Assembly (NCBI RefSeq): GCF_037042905.1
Contig: NC_087245.1
Coordinates: 14,696,001 to 14,756,000, forward strand
Direction of reading: 5' to 3'
From: Lytechinus pictus
Taxonomy: Eukaryota
DNA length: 60,000 nucleotides
Translations under genes and position numbers: made by a program
In this document: piece after piece, positions 35,373 to 47,913 of the stretch
How the letters are laid out: every line of letters begins with the position of its first letter
Position numbering within the stretch: the first letter of the stretch is position 1
Notes under the pieces: generated by a model
Databases searched by the model: none
What the model was told of the DNA's origin: nothing
What the model saw: the letters and a program-made list of their open reading frames with translations, nothing else

Positions 35373-38300
35373 GACGCCAGACACAGCAACATTTACAAGG
35401 CCAAGAAGATTACAGGAATCTCCCACAGTGAACATGCAGTCTAGCCGGGCTGGGAGTCTTCTTGCCAACGTTAGCATCGACAGCGAGATGAACGAGAGTC
35501 AAGACTTCTCTGGTCTGGATATTGAGATCAACCCCCTTCCAGAGAGAATGGGTTTTCTAAATACCCAGGGACAGCAGCACAGTGAGGACAGGTTAATGAC
35601 ATTGACCCAGCAACGACCTGTTACCCAGGAGGGCCAGTTGGAAAGCGAGGACTTGGAAGTTGAAAGCTTGACATCATCAAGGATGTCTCGGCAGCAAGGA
35701 GGTTTCGGTGAAACCAAGGAGTCATTCAACCCGATGCTCACCCACAGAACTGATCCTGTCATGAATGGTGTCGATGGAAGTCTGGGTGCAACATCCAGTC
35801 CAGGGACTTTTAGAGGTAGTCAGAGAGAACATTTAGACAGTGCTATGAGCCCATCATCAGAAGCTGGCAGTGTGGATTCTTCAATATCTAGGAAGAACCT
35901 GAAGCTGGATGTCCATCCTGTGGATATTCTAGGTTCTCCCCGTGGTCCAACCAATGAGTTCATGCCTGCTGTAGTACGACCGTTAAAAGAGAAATCGCAT
36001 CAGGTCAGAAAGACAGATGAAAGGGGAGATCACTTGAGGCATCGTAATAAGCACAGAACAGGTGATACCAGAATGACTGCTGCTCACCAACAATATCCTG
36101 ACCAGGGAAGTGATTCCTCAGAGAGTGTGGATGCAACAACACCCCTGAGTGGAGAGAGTATTGCAGATTCCCTGGCAGGGGATCTTGCTCTGCAACGGGC
36201 TCGTATTGCAAGAGGAGTTGGGCCAGGTGGCTTCATGTTGGCTCCTGCTTCTCAGAGTAACCAACCTCAAGTGGCTAAAGGTAAACATGGTGAGGCTTTC
36301 TTTATCAGTGGGAGTGAACGACCGCTTCAGGATGATGGTCACCACAGTTTTAGTGCCCCCACAGGAGCTAAGAGTTTCACTATATCTGAAGGAGCCATGA
36401 CGATGGATGATGCAAAGGAGGCTGGTATCCCAGTAGTATCGGCATCCAGATCTATGCAAGGTCTGAGTGAGCAAGGTTTCCGCATGAGACCAGGTGGAAT
36501 GACCAGCAGTCAATCTGACCAGGAAATCTACCAGCCACGTCCTCAACATTCCCACTCCTTCCAGAACCCAGTCTCTTCAGCCGCTGCACCTTCATCCTTG
36601 CCATATTCCATGCATGATTCATATTCCAACCCTCATAATCCTCACCAGTATCAACCTAATCCACAATTCAATCCTCAATCCTCTAACCCCCAGCATGCTA
36701 ATCCTCACCACGGTAATCCCCACCATGGTAATCCTCATTCCAATCCCCATGGAAATCCTCACCATGACTTTCGCACTCACTCCCCGCACCACCACATTTC
36801 TCAACCTAACCCGTATGACCAACAGATCGACCCTGAGGCCTATGTTCACGATCAACATGGTGTCTCTACTTGGGGACACCATCAGAAGCAACAACAGCAA
36901 CAGTTTCATCCTCACTCTACTAATCCAGGTATGTCACAATCCTTTACTAATCATTCTAACACCCCTGCTAATCATCAAGACGTAGAGTCGCCCAAGCTGA
37001 CTGCGGAAACAGTACAGTCTGAACATCAGGATAAGAGACCTGTAGTCATGGATTTCTCTCATAATCTTAGCCCTGTCCAGAAAGAAAATGGATATTGTCC
37101 TAGTGATGAGAGAAATACCCCTGTCACTATGTCGCATAGTGGTGCCATACTAACACAAGACCATATTAACCATCCCAATCCTGTTCATTCACATCCAACT
37201 ATAGATCAACTGTCTGGTTCAGAAAGACCTTCTAATATGGAACATCATAATTCAGTAGAACAGAATAGAAATAGTTATACTAATCCTCACACATTTGCAG
37301 CAGATGTAGAGAACTTCCATTCTAACCAATCTGCTTTCAGGGAGCCTGCTAACCATTCTATGACCACCTGGTCTGCCAAAACCAAACAATCACCTAATAC
37401 TGAATTTCCTACCACTTCCACTTTTTCTGTAACACCAACTAACACAGGTGCAGCAGGCAATGGATATCACATCAGTTCTGGAGAAACAAAGGCTGGAGAT
37501 GGGAGAGTTTCGTCATCTGAATTGACTCACGTAAGGCTCAGGCTGGAGGAGAAAAGGAGATTGATGGACTATGAAAGGCACAAGCTCGAACGCCAGTGGA
37601 ATAAGCAAAGGCAACGGGTTGGCAAGGCTGCATTCCTGCAGGTGTTGGCAAATAAAAAGCAGGAGAAAGAAGGAAATGGTGAAAGTTACTCAAGATCAGA
37701 ACAACAGAGGAACATAGAAAATGCTCGCCCACCACAAGGGTTGACCACTTTTGCAGCCCTTAGCGCCAATCGTGAGAAGACACCTCAGGTGTCACAAGAG
37801 CCTCCTGTATCAGAACAAGAACAATACCAGCACCCTATCCAGGATAAACAGTTGACACAAGCGTATTTTCTTGCACAGCAGAACCAAATGTCCCAACAAA
37901 CGGCCCAGAAAACCCCTCTTAACCAACAGCCACCACCAGAGCATCGTGCTCAGCAGCCCAGCCCAAGTCACCTCAATCAGGTACAAATGGCTGAAGGTGG
38001 ACGAAGGTCCAATGAGAGTCCAAGATCAGGGAGGGACTCAGAGAGCCCACGTATGAGGTCAGAGTCACCAGGTCCCAGGAGAACTGAGAGTCCAGGATCC
38101 AGTTCTGGGTCCCATTCGCCGCATCTTACCCAAGAGGAGTACAACACTTCTCTAGAAAAATTAAATGCTAATCTTTCCCAACTCCAAAATCAAATTCTGA
38201 GGTTATCCTTGCAGCAAGAAGAGTTCAAGAAGGGTATGAATGAATCTCCAAGACAGGTACAGGAATCACCAAGGCAAGTGGCACAAGGAGATTTTGGTGA

Positions 38301-39108
38301 CCAGCGAGATAGTCCAGAGCACCGAGATGTCCATAGACCCCCATCCCATCCTCAGCAAGATTCAACTGGTCAAATGACTGGATTCTACATCGAAAGTGGG
38401 GATCAAAAGCCTTCAGAACAAGATTCGTATGTCCTTGAAGAAAATCCTGCTTTCAATATACCCCAGGGGCAGGGAATCAGTCCCCAAGAAATGCAGCATA
38501 TTCAGCAATCACCCCAAGGATTCTCGTTATTACCGCATAACCAACCAATTGACAATTTTAATGAAAAGCAAACATCGAATGCACAGAGATTATCAGACGC
38601 CACTTACATAAAATCTGAAATGAACGATAACAAGTATATAATTCCAGACAATCTTGAACATGATACTGTTGTTGCCAATGCCCAAATAGAAAGAACATTC
38701 AGTGGGCAGAATCTGAATATAGACAATGAAAATCAATCACAACTCAAGCAAATGCCAACTGAAGAAGTTCATTCACCTCCTGCGAATCAGAGGAAAGGGC
38801 AGCCTATCATGGCTTTTGACATTGATATGGGATCTCCAAAGCAACCTCGAGCACCTCCTGCAAACCAGAGAAAGAGGGAAGCAACACCAAAGAAAGTACA
38901 GGAGAAGAAATCGTCGCCTCCTAGAACACCCGTCAAGAAGCAGGCTCCACCGTCTGTTTATGAAATTGTAGGTGAAGGAGAAGAAGATGTTCCTGTTCCA
39001 AGTGATATGGTAGTGCGCCCTCTTGAGCAGGTGAATGCAAGTAAGGATGATGATTCCGCAGATACAAGTGGAATGGCTGCAGGATTTATCATTGGAGAAG
39101 ATGACAAG
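35373..39108 (+). CDS. CAMSAP: CAMSAP coding exon 10: 3736-nt exon encoding a disordered region plus coiled coils CC1 and CC2
   Basis: TAG|G ACG CCA... in frame with the 1229-aa ORF; donor AAG|GTCAGT. CC1 SELTHVRLRLEEKRR...QRQRVGKAAFLQV; CC2 SLEKLNANLSQLQNQILRLSLQQE; ends GFIIGEDDK. Confidence 0.95.
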
Positions 39109-39749
39109 GTCAGTTGAATTCTTCATTTTGATTTGTTTATTGTAATGTTAATTTATTTGCACATTGCTTTCAAATTCTTAAACATGATGACAAAAGGGCA
39201 ACATCAAGCAAGAAATTAAAGGTAAACACAGATATTGACCATTCTGTTTGCTGAAAGTTGCTAGTCAAAATCTGGTTTGAAATTCAATTTGAAATAGATT
39301 CTTAAGAGTTACATACATTTTAGTTTGCATTAGAGACTTGCTTTAACTGTGTGCAATCAGATTAGAGTAGCAGTAAGCTTTTGATAATCATTTCAGAAAT
39401 TCTGAAATTTATGAGGTCTTGGAGCGTACTTCACTCCTTAGATAAAGTACAAGAGTGGACAAAGCGCTAATGAAGACCCGCATGACTATCAGAGGCTAGA
39501 TGAACTTTAAAGTATACTTTCACTGATAAATAGAGCTTCATAATATGAAGAGTACCATTCCTAATCCCTTGTTACACTTACTGATTTGAACCATTGTTAA
39601 ATCCAATCACCATTCGGTTGCCATTTTTAACATAGGTATGTTAGGCTCGCTCAAGATGAGTAAGCAGCAGGTAAGGAGATGTTCTTTGTAGCTTTCTTCA
39701 GTGACTTCAATTAACATATCATTTCTCAATTCAATCCATGGTATGTTAG

Positions 39750-39874
39750 GCTCAAGATGAGTTAGCAAAGAGGAAAGAGATGTTCTTAAAGGCTCGTCTA
39801 AAGAGAGAAGAAGAAGCTAAGATCAAGAAGGCATCAAGAGAGGCTGAAGCTGAGAGGAAGAGGGAAGAAATTAG
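39750..39874 (+). CDS. CAMSAP: CAMSAP coding exon 11 (AQDELAKRKEMFLKARLKREEEAKIKK...), CC3
   Basis: TAG|...AG|GTAAGA, phase 0-2. Homologous to AEDELAKKRAAFL.KQ.RK.EEAR.RK. Confidence 0.92.
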
Positions 39875-40456
39875 GTAAGATACCTTTCATATCATACAGA
39901 ATTAGCTACAATCAACACCAACTTTAATATTGATGTAGGGCTGATGATTTTTATGATTGATTGTATTGATCGCTATATGCAATACAAATCAAGTACAAAT
40001 CAAGTGCACAAATCAATTTCTAAGATTTGTGATACGGCTTGCGATTTATTCCTTGGAATGGTTTGTCTGATTTGGTGCCGGGAAATGATTGTGTCAATAG
40101 CTGCAGATGCAAGTGTCATTGTCTCAAAGTAGATCAACTGACTGGCCATACAAGATGGACATGAAATCATTCACAAATTTGAATCACAGGCCTCGGGTCT
40201 GTCACAAAGCTTAGCAATTAATTGTAACTCTGATTTTTTTTACAGATTGTTTGCATTGATCATTGTGGGCAACAGTCATGCCATTCTGATCAATGACAAA
40301 ACTTTGAGATGCAGGGCCCAATGTGACCCTAACTTTGTTTGTTCAGTACTTGAATATTAGCCTAGATGAATCAAAACGTGCATCAATTGATTGCATTACG
40401 TTACCCATGTTGACGTCGTCATGTAAATGTTATCTGTACTAATGGTTATTTTGTAG

Positions 40457-40553
40457 GAGAAAGCAAGAGGAAGCAGAGATGAAGAAGGCAGAACAAGCAG
40501 CCAGAAGAGAGCAGATAAGATTAGAATACCAGAGAAAGAAACAGGCAGAGTTG
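40457..40553 (+). CDS. CAMSAP: CAMSAP coding exon 12 (RKQEEAEMKKAEQAARREQIRLEYQRKKQAEL), CC3
   Basis: TAG|...|GTAAGT, phase 2-0. RRE.I..EY.R.KQ motif. Confidence 0.92.
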
Positions 40554-41190
40554 GTAAGTTAGCAGCAGTTTGAATCCTTTGCATCTTTGAAAATCTTCAA
40601 AAATTATCTTTTGTTCAATTGGAAACAAAATTTATAGTTTTATATCGCATTAAGAAGCTGATTCCAAAGAATTTTATGATATTGGATTTTTACAAATAAC
40701 TTCATTGAGTTCGAAAGGCACAGATCCTTTCCAGGTTTTTTATGGTTTAGGTATGAAAATTTGTTATTCCCGAGTCCTGGTATATATTATCTTGTTTCCT
40801 GGGATGTGAGAGTAAAGTTGTGTTTGCTTTCTCCTTGTGAAGCAAATAGTCTCCTGTGTTTCTGTTATTCTCTGCAATTGTTTATTACTGTTCATATATA
40901 TATGTAATGTTGGGATTTTTAAAAAGAAATAACTTTTTTCTCTCCTACTTACAACAGTATCTTCTTTAATAATTTATTGGAGAATCTAATAGAACTAGAT
41001 TATCATGCAGAGGAATGTTTCAAAAAGATTTGACTACAGATCACACTTAAATTCTCATTTGCTATTGGTATATACATATTAACGTATCACCGCATGATAC
41101 CGGGAACGCTCGCGTATGCACCTCCATCACTTTGTGAAACTCGCCCCATATCATCATTTTGATTAAATCCTATTTCTCACGTTATCCTAG

Positions 41191-41332
41191 GATCCTGACA
41201 GTGCACCCCCACCCCCAAGAAAGCAGAAGTCATCCCGACCCCGCCCTAAGTCGCAGATGGTTACTTCAGACAAGGGACCAAGCCACAGCCATGGTTATAC
41301 TGCGCTAGACAGTGCCTCAGATATCGCACTCA
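41191..41332 (+). CDS. CAMSAP: CAMSAP coding exon 13 (DPDSAPPPPRKQKSSRPRPKSQMV...)
   Basis: TAG|...A|GTAAGT, phase 0-1. Conserved PRPKS motif. Confidence 0.88.
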
Positions 41333-41512
41333 GTAAGTTTCATACTTTGTATCACTTTCTTAAATTGTTTTTGGGGGTTTCTTTGAGTGAAGAACAATCG
41401 GATATAATCAAGTAAATGGATTTTGATGGCCATTTCTTGTGACTAAATGGTAATGCGGTCATTGAGGCTGCAGACAATATTACATTCTTACTGATGTGAT
41501 GCGATCAATGTG

Positions 41513-42055
41513 TTTTTATGCCCCCACAGACGGGGTCTCGAAGGGGCATAAGACGCTGTCATTGTATGTCCGTCTGTCCTCACATTTGTCTACCGTATTG
41601 GTTTCTGCACAATAACTTTACAAACATTGGATGAATTTTGAGCATTTGTTTTTATGTGGTACATGATACTAAAATACAGGCCAAGTTGGAATGTGGAGTC
41701 TGCAAATCAAAGGTCACAGCTCATAATAATAATGTTTAAAATGTTCATCAAATAATGAATTATTTTAAGTGTAGATAAGTGACAAGGCAATTTTGAATTT
41801 TGAGTATGTAGTTCAAAGGTCACAGGTTATATATTGAAATTTGTTTCTTTGTGGTAATTTAAAAAAAATGTTTGGCAGATTTTAAACTTTTTGATGTGTA
41901 GATAGATGGCAATAATATACAGGTCATGTTCGGATTCAGAGACCACAGGGATCATGATGCACATGCACATTTGTAAATAGTCTGTATTCAATTCACTCTT
42001 GCAGGTTGAATAATGGAGTAACATCTCCAAACATCTGCTTTTCAAAGCAAAGCAC
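41513..42055 (+). mobile_element. Decayed HINE/Helentron-like element
   Basis: TTTTTATGCCCCC...GGGGCATAA 5' hairpin, GTCCGTCTGTCC microsatellite, CAAAGGTCACAG core motifs. Confidence 0.55.
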
Positions 42056-42623
42056 AATCAAATTCTCTGATAGCGTGAATCACTATAATATTTATGATAA
42101 CATTCTCTTTCTCTCTCCTTAGTAAGGAAATAGTAGAAAACCAAGTAATAATCACTATCTGTCTATGTATATTGTATCCATCATGATGATGTACATAGTC
42201 CATCCAATGCTTTTTGTACCTTATGTGCAGGTGTACATATTTTGGCCATTGCTTTTAGTTTGGGTACCATAGCTTGCAGGGTGCTACATATCATGTATAA
42301 AAGTAAACATATTACCAATTCTACTACATTCTATCCACTCATTCAAATTTGCAATCATATCAATTTCAATATCAGTGAATCGGTACCATTTACCTTTTTA
42401 TTGCTTTTCTTGCTTATGTACAATGTAGAACAACAACAAAATATCTCTGAAAAAAAACCCTGTCTAACAGACAAGGCTCTCATAGCCCTTGTCTATCGAG
42501 CGAATACTTCATGTAGCACCCTGCTTTGTAACCATAGATTACTATTTTGTCTCTGGTGGCTGTCCCTCCAATCATAGTGCATGCAAACACCCCTACATGT
42601 CCAATGTATTCACCCATATTCAG

Positions 42624-42725
42624 GTGTTCAGAAGAAGTCTTATACCATAGAGTCATCGTCCGAAGGGGAGGTAGCAGGTGCCATTACAGGTGCCGCAGCA
42701 GGTGTGGCAGCGGCCCAGGGCTCTG
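42624..42725 (+). CDS. CAMSAP: CAMSAP coding exon 14, probably a cassette exon (SVQKKSYTIESSSEGEVAGAITGAAAGVAAAQGS)
   Basis: CAG|...G|GTATGT, 102 nt, symmetric phase 1-1, GC-rich and open in the required frame. No homology recognised. Confidence 0.7.
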
Positions 42726-44342
42726 GTATGTAGCTCCACTGTGTGTATTCATCGTCATCACCAGCATCAACGTTCCAACCTCCAATACATCGTGTTCTTA
42801 CCCTCATCCCCCCCCCCCAAATCCTCCCTGTGTTGCAGTGTTTGATGTTTTTAAAGGCATTCCCATTACTAACCATTTTAATTTTCACTGGTATATTCCT
42901 GCCAAAACAAATATTTGAAATAACTAACAACTTCTGAAGTGACAGCTATGAAATTCATCTCGCTGTAGACAAAACAAAGAAATGTTGTCAATATATTAAA
43001 ATTATATTTGTTAGCATGAGTGCCTGATTTATTTGATGCCCAAAGTTGAATTAAAATTCATGTTCACAAAAGTGGAATTTTTCTGTTATTTTAAGAAGCA
43101 GAAGACAGCAAGAGGAAATAAACAGTTTCTGGTTTAAATATAAAATGTCTGTTATTCTAAAACACTGGTAATAAGGGACTTGTGTGTGTCATAGTATGAT
43201 GGAAACATTTATGGAATTAGCCTTTAAAAATTGTTTGCAGTCAAATTTGAGAATGTGATGTATAAAGACTTGACTGTTTTTAAGTTTTTCTTTCTGGGTT
43301 TTTTTATTTTATTGGTTTTGAGTGAAATACATTTTTTGACTTAGAGATGCAATATTCCTCTCTCCTAGTCACCATAAAATCCTTGTAAATCATCACTAAA
43401 TCTTGTATTTTATATTGTTGTGTTTTCATCTTACAGATCATTATATTGATGTAATGCTGCGTTTGCAGTTTTCAAAATTGTGTGTTCCTAGCAACTGTTA
43501 TCTAATTTTCAAGTTTCATTTCACTTTCCCTCAGTTTCATTTTACTTCCTACTCCAAATTTTGTTTAATTCAATTGCAGTGGATTTTAAATGTGGTATGC
43601 TGTTTTGAATCTGCAGACAAGACTACATTTACTGGCTTGACATGAACATGTAAACTGTTACTTGTAATCCTCACCTACAAGTACATGTTCTTTGTTCATG
43701 TATTCAGAACAAGTTCTTTTTCTGTTTAATCTGCTGCTTTCACAATGTCTCACTACCTTTAAATGAATCATGGTGTCCTTTTATCAATTTTCCCCTTCTT
43801 TTATCATTAATGATATAAGGATTTTTTTTTAATGTAGGTATCTTGTATTCTTATTTTACTTCTCTGACACAGAGTGAACTTCTTATTTTAGATAAACTGT
43901 TACATTTTAATACATTTAAATTTCAATGAAATATCACTCATTGTCTTGAAAGGCCTTTGCATCTGCTATCCACATACAGCACATAGTTGACAATGCAAAT
44001 ATAGAAAAATGAATAAGCAAGTGCAATGACACATTTATTACAAGGCATGAATTTGTATATTGAAGCAAATAGAGAATGAGCATTTATCTATGTCTTTTTA
44101 CACATGTATCAAATATATGTGTGATGTGGATAAATATTTGTCTTTTTGTATTGTCTCTCTTACTGTTTGATTCATACCATAAGGGTAGTGTGGTTCATTA
44201 ATTGGGTGGTTTTTAGTCTTCATTTGTTTGTACTATTTTTCTTCAACAATTATTCAAATGTAACAATTCCATCTCTACTCTACGTCCTTCCTTTCATTTT
44301 TCTCTCTGAATACTATCATACTCATTCACTGCCAATCAACAG

Positions 44343-44738
44343 AGAATCAAACAAGTGCTCCAGCTCCTTCAACTCAAGGAGACACCCCCCACCCTCCACC
44401 CCAGGGGTCTGCTGCTGCCCCTCCCCAATCCTCGGCCCCACCTCAATCTGCATCTCAAGCAGCAGACCAAGGGACCAAAAAGTCCCCCTCCTCTGGAATA
44501 CCAATGCCAGAGGCTGCTAAACGCAGACCCCCTTCCCCGAGACCAAGATCTAACACCCTCCCCGTAAGTCTCCGCTCCCCAGAGAAAACAAGTCCTCAAA
44601 ATGCCCCTCAGATACAAGCCCCTGAATCAGGGGCGAGCATGGTGTCACCACAAGAGGGAGCTGTTGCCAATGTTTCTCCAAGTGTCGCGTCCCAGGAGAG
44701 CAGCGGGTCCGGTGGAAGTCAGGCGGCTGATTATTCTG
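44343..44738 (+). CDS. CAMSAP: CAMSAP coding exon 15: Pro/Ser-rich linker ending ...SQAADYS
   Basis: CAG|...G|GTTCGT, 396 nt, phase 1-1. ADYSG|PKLF corresponds to AEYTGPKLF before the CKK domain. Confidence 0.85.
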
Positions 44739-46912
44739 GTTCGTTTTTATATCATCACGTATGCTCGATGTTTGCTCGCCTAAAATTGTTTTGCATGGGA
44801 TATGCAAATTGCAACAGTATTCTTCAGAAAATACTTACATGTAGCTTTCCTCATATTAAACAATCCCAGTATTATTTGGTTGCATGATTGTAATTATTTT
44901 CTACCAGCTAAACGTCTTTTCTCCTTCTCACACAAGAGCTACAGTGGTGAGATCCTTTCTATTTTTTTTTTCATTTCTGTACCATAAACCCTCCATCTTT
45001 TTCTATCCATCTTAAGTCTCTCCAATCAAGTTTTTTTTAAAGTCTGCAATGTTGTATTACTTCTGTTTTCATTTCTTTATTTTTTGTGATGATGTGTTTC
45101 CTGTGATGTATTGGTGTGTTATGCGTTTCTTTATTTTTGTTTGATCTTTGTAAATGTGTGAACAGAGTTTGCATGAATATTATATTTTTCAAGCATGTAC
45201 TCTGTATTCATCTTGATTTTATTTTTTATTTTTACCTACTTTTATTTTTATTTGCAGTCTAAATTTAATATTTGACTTATAGTAGTGGTGCTAACCTTTA
45301 CATTTTTGCTGTACTATGTAAAGTATTTGCTAGAAATGCAGATTTCCTTACAGTCTCTTACGACATATATCTATTATGAGAAATCTATTTTAAAAGCCCA
45401 CTGTGTTTCATATTTTGAAATGATTTTTGTTCAACCCTTCAAAACACTACCAAGCTCTTTGTGAGGTTGGCATCCATGCTCATATCAGATTGATACAAGC
45501 CATTATTATATTTGCATTTACATTGATTATTCTGACTAACTTCAAATGATCATTTTGTTTTATGACCCATATCAACCAAATGTAGGTTGTTCATTATTGA
45601 ATTGTTATCTAACACTATTAGTTAAGCATGTAACCTGATGTATTAGATAACAATGATTATTTCCATAACTCATCCATACAATTCCATGAAAGTTTTAACA
45701 TTGATGTTATGATGATTTCATTTAACCATGGCATGGAGATTATGTATATAAGTGAGGCTATTGTGTCGTTTGTGGAGCCAATTTTAATAATCGTGCAGGT
45801 TCACAAAATATATGTAAGGTATAAGTAGAAGTATGAGGCTGTTAAAAGAACAACCGCTTCATTCCTGAAGACATTTTATTTCATAGTTTGAAGTTAAAGT
45901 AGAAAAAAATATAATTATCTAGATGAAATGTAATTGTTAGATATTGCCTGTCCTTTCCTTGGGAAAAGGGTCTAGAAACCGAAATGAGAGCCTGCAAAAT
46001 TAATAAATTTCAGCACTTTAGAACCCAATTCCTTACCTTTTCACTTTTGAATCTTCTTATATTGGTCTTTAGTTAGTTCTTTTCTTCTTGCAATCCCATT
46101 CGTTGAAAACAAAGCGTGTTTACTTGTTTTAGTGTTGTTTTGATCCAGTACAAACTTGTATCATTTGTGAACATGATGACTTGAGTTGATTGGGAACAAG
46201 TGACATGTTTATCTTGGAATATTTGGATTGTTTTTTCACCTTCAGTTTAAGATAAGCCATCAAACAGATCTTGTTGTTTTATTTTATGGAAATATAAAGA
46301 GTGATGAAACTTAATGAAGAATCATAAACCATTAACTAAAGAAGTAAAAACATTTCCTTGAGTGATGGTTAACTTTTCATATTACATGGAAATCACCAAC
46401 AAAACACAATAACAACATAATAATTACTAATATGTTTTTTTTTTTTAATGAACGTCACAAATTGTTTCAGTTTGTATGTTTAAATAATCATTTTCATCTC
46501 TTAATTAGGAGAGCTCTGTTTGTTAGCTTTTTGGAAATATGATACCATTCAGGTACTAATACACCCAGGTATAAAGATTTTTTTATTGAAGGAAGAGAAA
46601 AAAACAACCATTGTAAATGTACTTTATTCCACATGTTGCATAATATGGTAAAGTCATTATTAAGCTAGTTTCACTAAAGTAACTGTATTAGAGTTATATC
46701 CAGTCCTTTTCATAATTCTGGGGTCATCAAACTATAATCTTTTTGTCAGAATAGCTGAAGACGAGATGTCTTAAAAATGTTGGGAAGAGAAAATGAGAAT
46801 CAACTATCGAGTATTGTATTCATTACATAAATTGAAATACAAACTTATGAAATTTAGGTTGTGTACTTTTTGGATGACACTTTGAGGTTCTATCTCCATT
46901 TAATTTCTACAG

Positions 46913-47031
46913 GTCCCAAGCTGTTTGTGAAACCAACCAGTAAGTCCAATCGTCACATCATCATCAATGCTATCTCTCACTGTATCCTGGCAGGTGTTGT
47001 CAATGAGAAAACCAAAGATAAAGTTCTTCAG
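46913..47031 (+). CDS. CAMSAP: CAMSAP coding exon 16, CKK domain (GPKLFVKPTSKSNRHIIINAISHCILAGVVNEKTKDKVLQ)
   Basis: CAG|...CAG|GTACGA, phase 1-0. Unmistakable CKK N-terminus. Confidence 0.97.
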
Positions 47032-47441
47032 GTACGAGTGTGCATTTGTTATTATTGCTAGGGTGACGAGATCTTGTAATTTAATTTGTTTTCTAAAAAA
47101 TCACTTGTTGATATTTTATAGATCATTAACATCAGGTCTTTATTCTTGGTAAAGGGGACACAAAATGTCATTGTATGTATCATTGCTGTTGAATAGCAAT
47201 AAAAGATCACAATTCAATGTCAGGGTGAGAAACTTTAAATAAGCAGCAAAAAAAATTGAATCATTTTCTTCAGCTGACTCTAAATTGATTTTGCCCACTT
47301 TAGATTGCCATATGTCCAGTTATTAATGTATCTTCTTATGTTACGTGCCCTTTACTTTAATTTTGATGATAAGATGAGAGGCAAATTGAAAAAAGTTACT
47401 TTCATTTCTCCTTCATACCTATCTACTTTCTCCCCGGACAG

Positions 47442-47605
47442 GAAATTGCTAAGTCAGACCAGAAGCACTTCATGATCTTGTTTAGAGATCACAGTCTTCA
47501 GTTCCGGTCACTCTATGGCTTCACTCCAGAGTCAGAGGAACTGACCAAGGTCTACGGCACTGGTCCTAGACATATCAACAACAAGATGACTGAAGCTCTC
47601 TACAA
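47442..47605 (+). CDS. CAMSAP: CAMSAP coding exon 17, CKK domain (EIAKSDQKHFMILFRDHSLQFRSLY...GTGPRHINNKMTEALYK)
   Basis: CAG|...AA|GTAAGG, phase 0-2. ILFRD...QFR.LY and G.GP motifs. Confidence 0.97.
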
Positions 47606-47913
47606 GTAAGGCAATGGCTAGGACAATGGGACATATCATTGATTATTTCTTTGCACATGTATATGTATAATTGAGTGATTCCCCCTGCACCTCGTCTCAG
47701 GGATAGATTTGACTTCATGTATCATGCAACAGACCTTTAAACAGAGGTCTAAATATTTTATCAAACTGTGTGTGAATAGATGGAGGGGGTGAGCCGAGGG
47801 GAGGGAATAAATAGATAGATGCATGTTACATGGTAGAGAAATGGTTTTATTTACTGATGTGCAGTAATAAGGTTGTTCAGTGCTTGACTTTTTCTTGTTT
47901 ATGTTATTTTCAG

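Noticed and set aside
35428..39117. Stand-alone 1229-aa single-exon gene
   Set aside because: It is an internal exon (35373-39108) with in-phase acceptor and donor. The listed start is a GTG codon and the stop lies in the intron.
42640..42930. 96-aa minus-strand ORF with an Ala/Pro-rich end
   Set aside because: Antisense shadow of the plus-strand cassette exon 42624-42725; no independent splice or promoter evidence.
43437..43450. Microexon after TTACAG (ATCATTATATTGAT|GTAATG)
   Set aside because: 14 nt, not frame-preserving, weak donor.
44564..44569. Internal consensus donor CCC|GTAAGT in coding exon 15
   Set aside because: It is phase 0 while the next exon needs phase 1. Using it would frameshift the CKK domain and drop the conserved DYSG junction.
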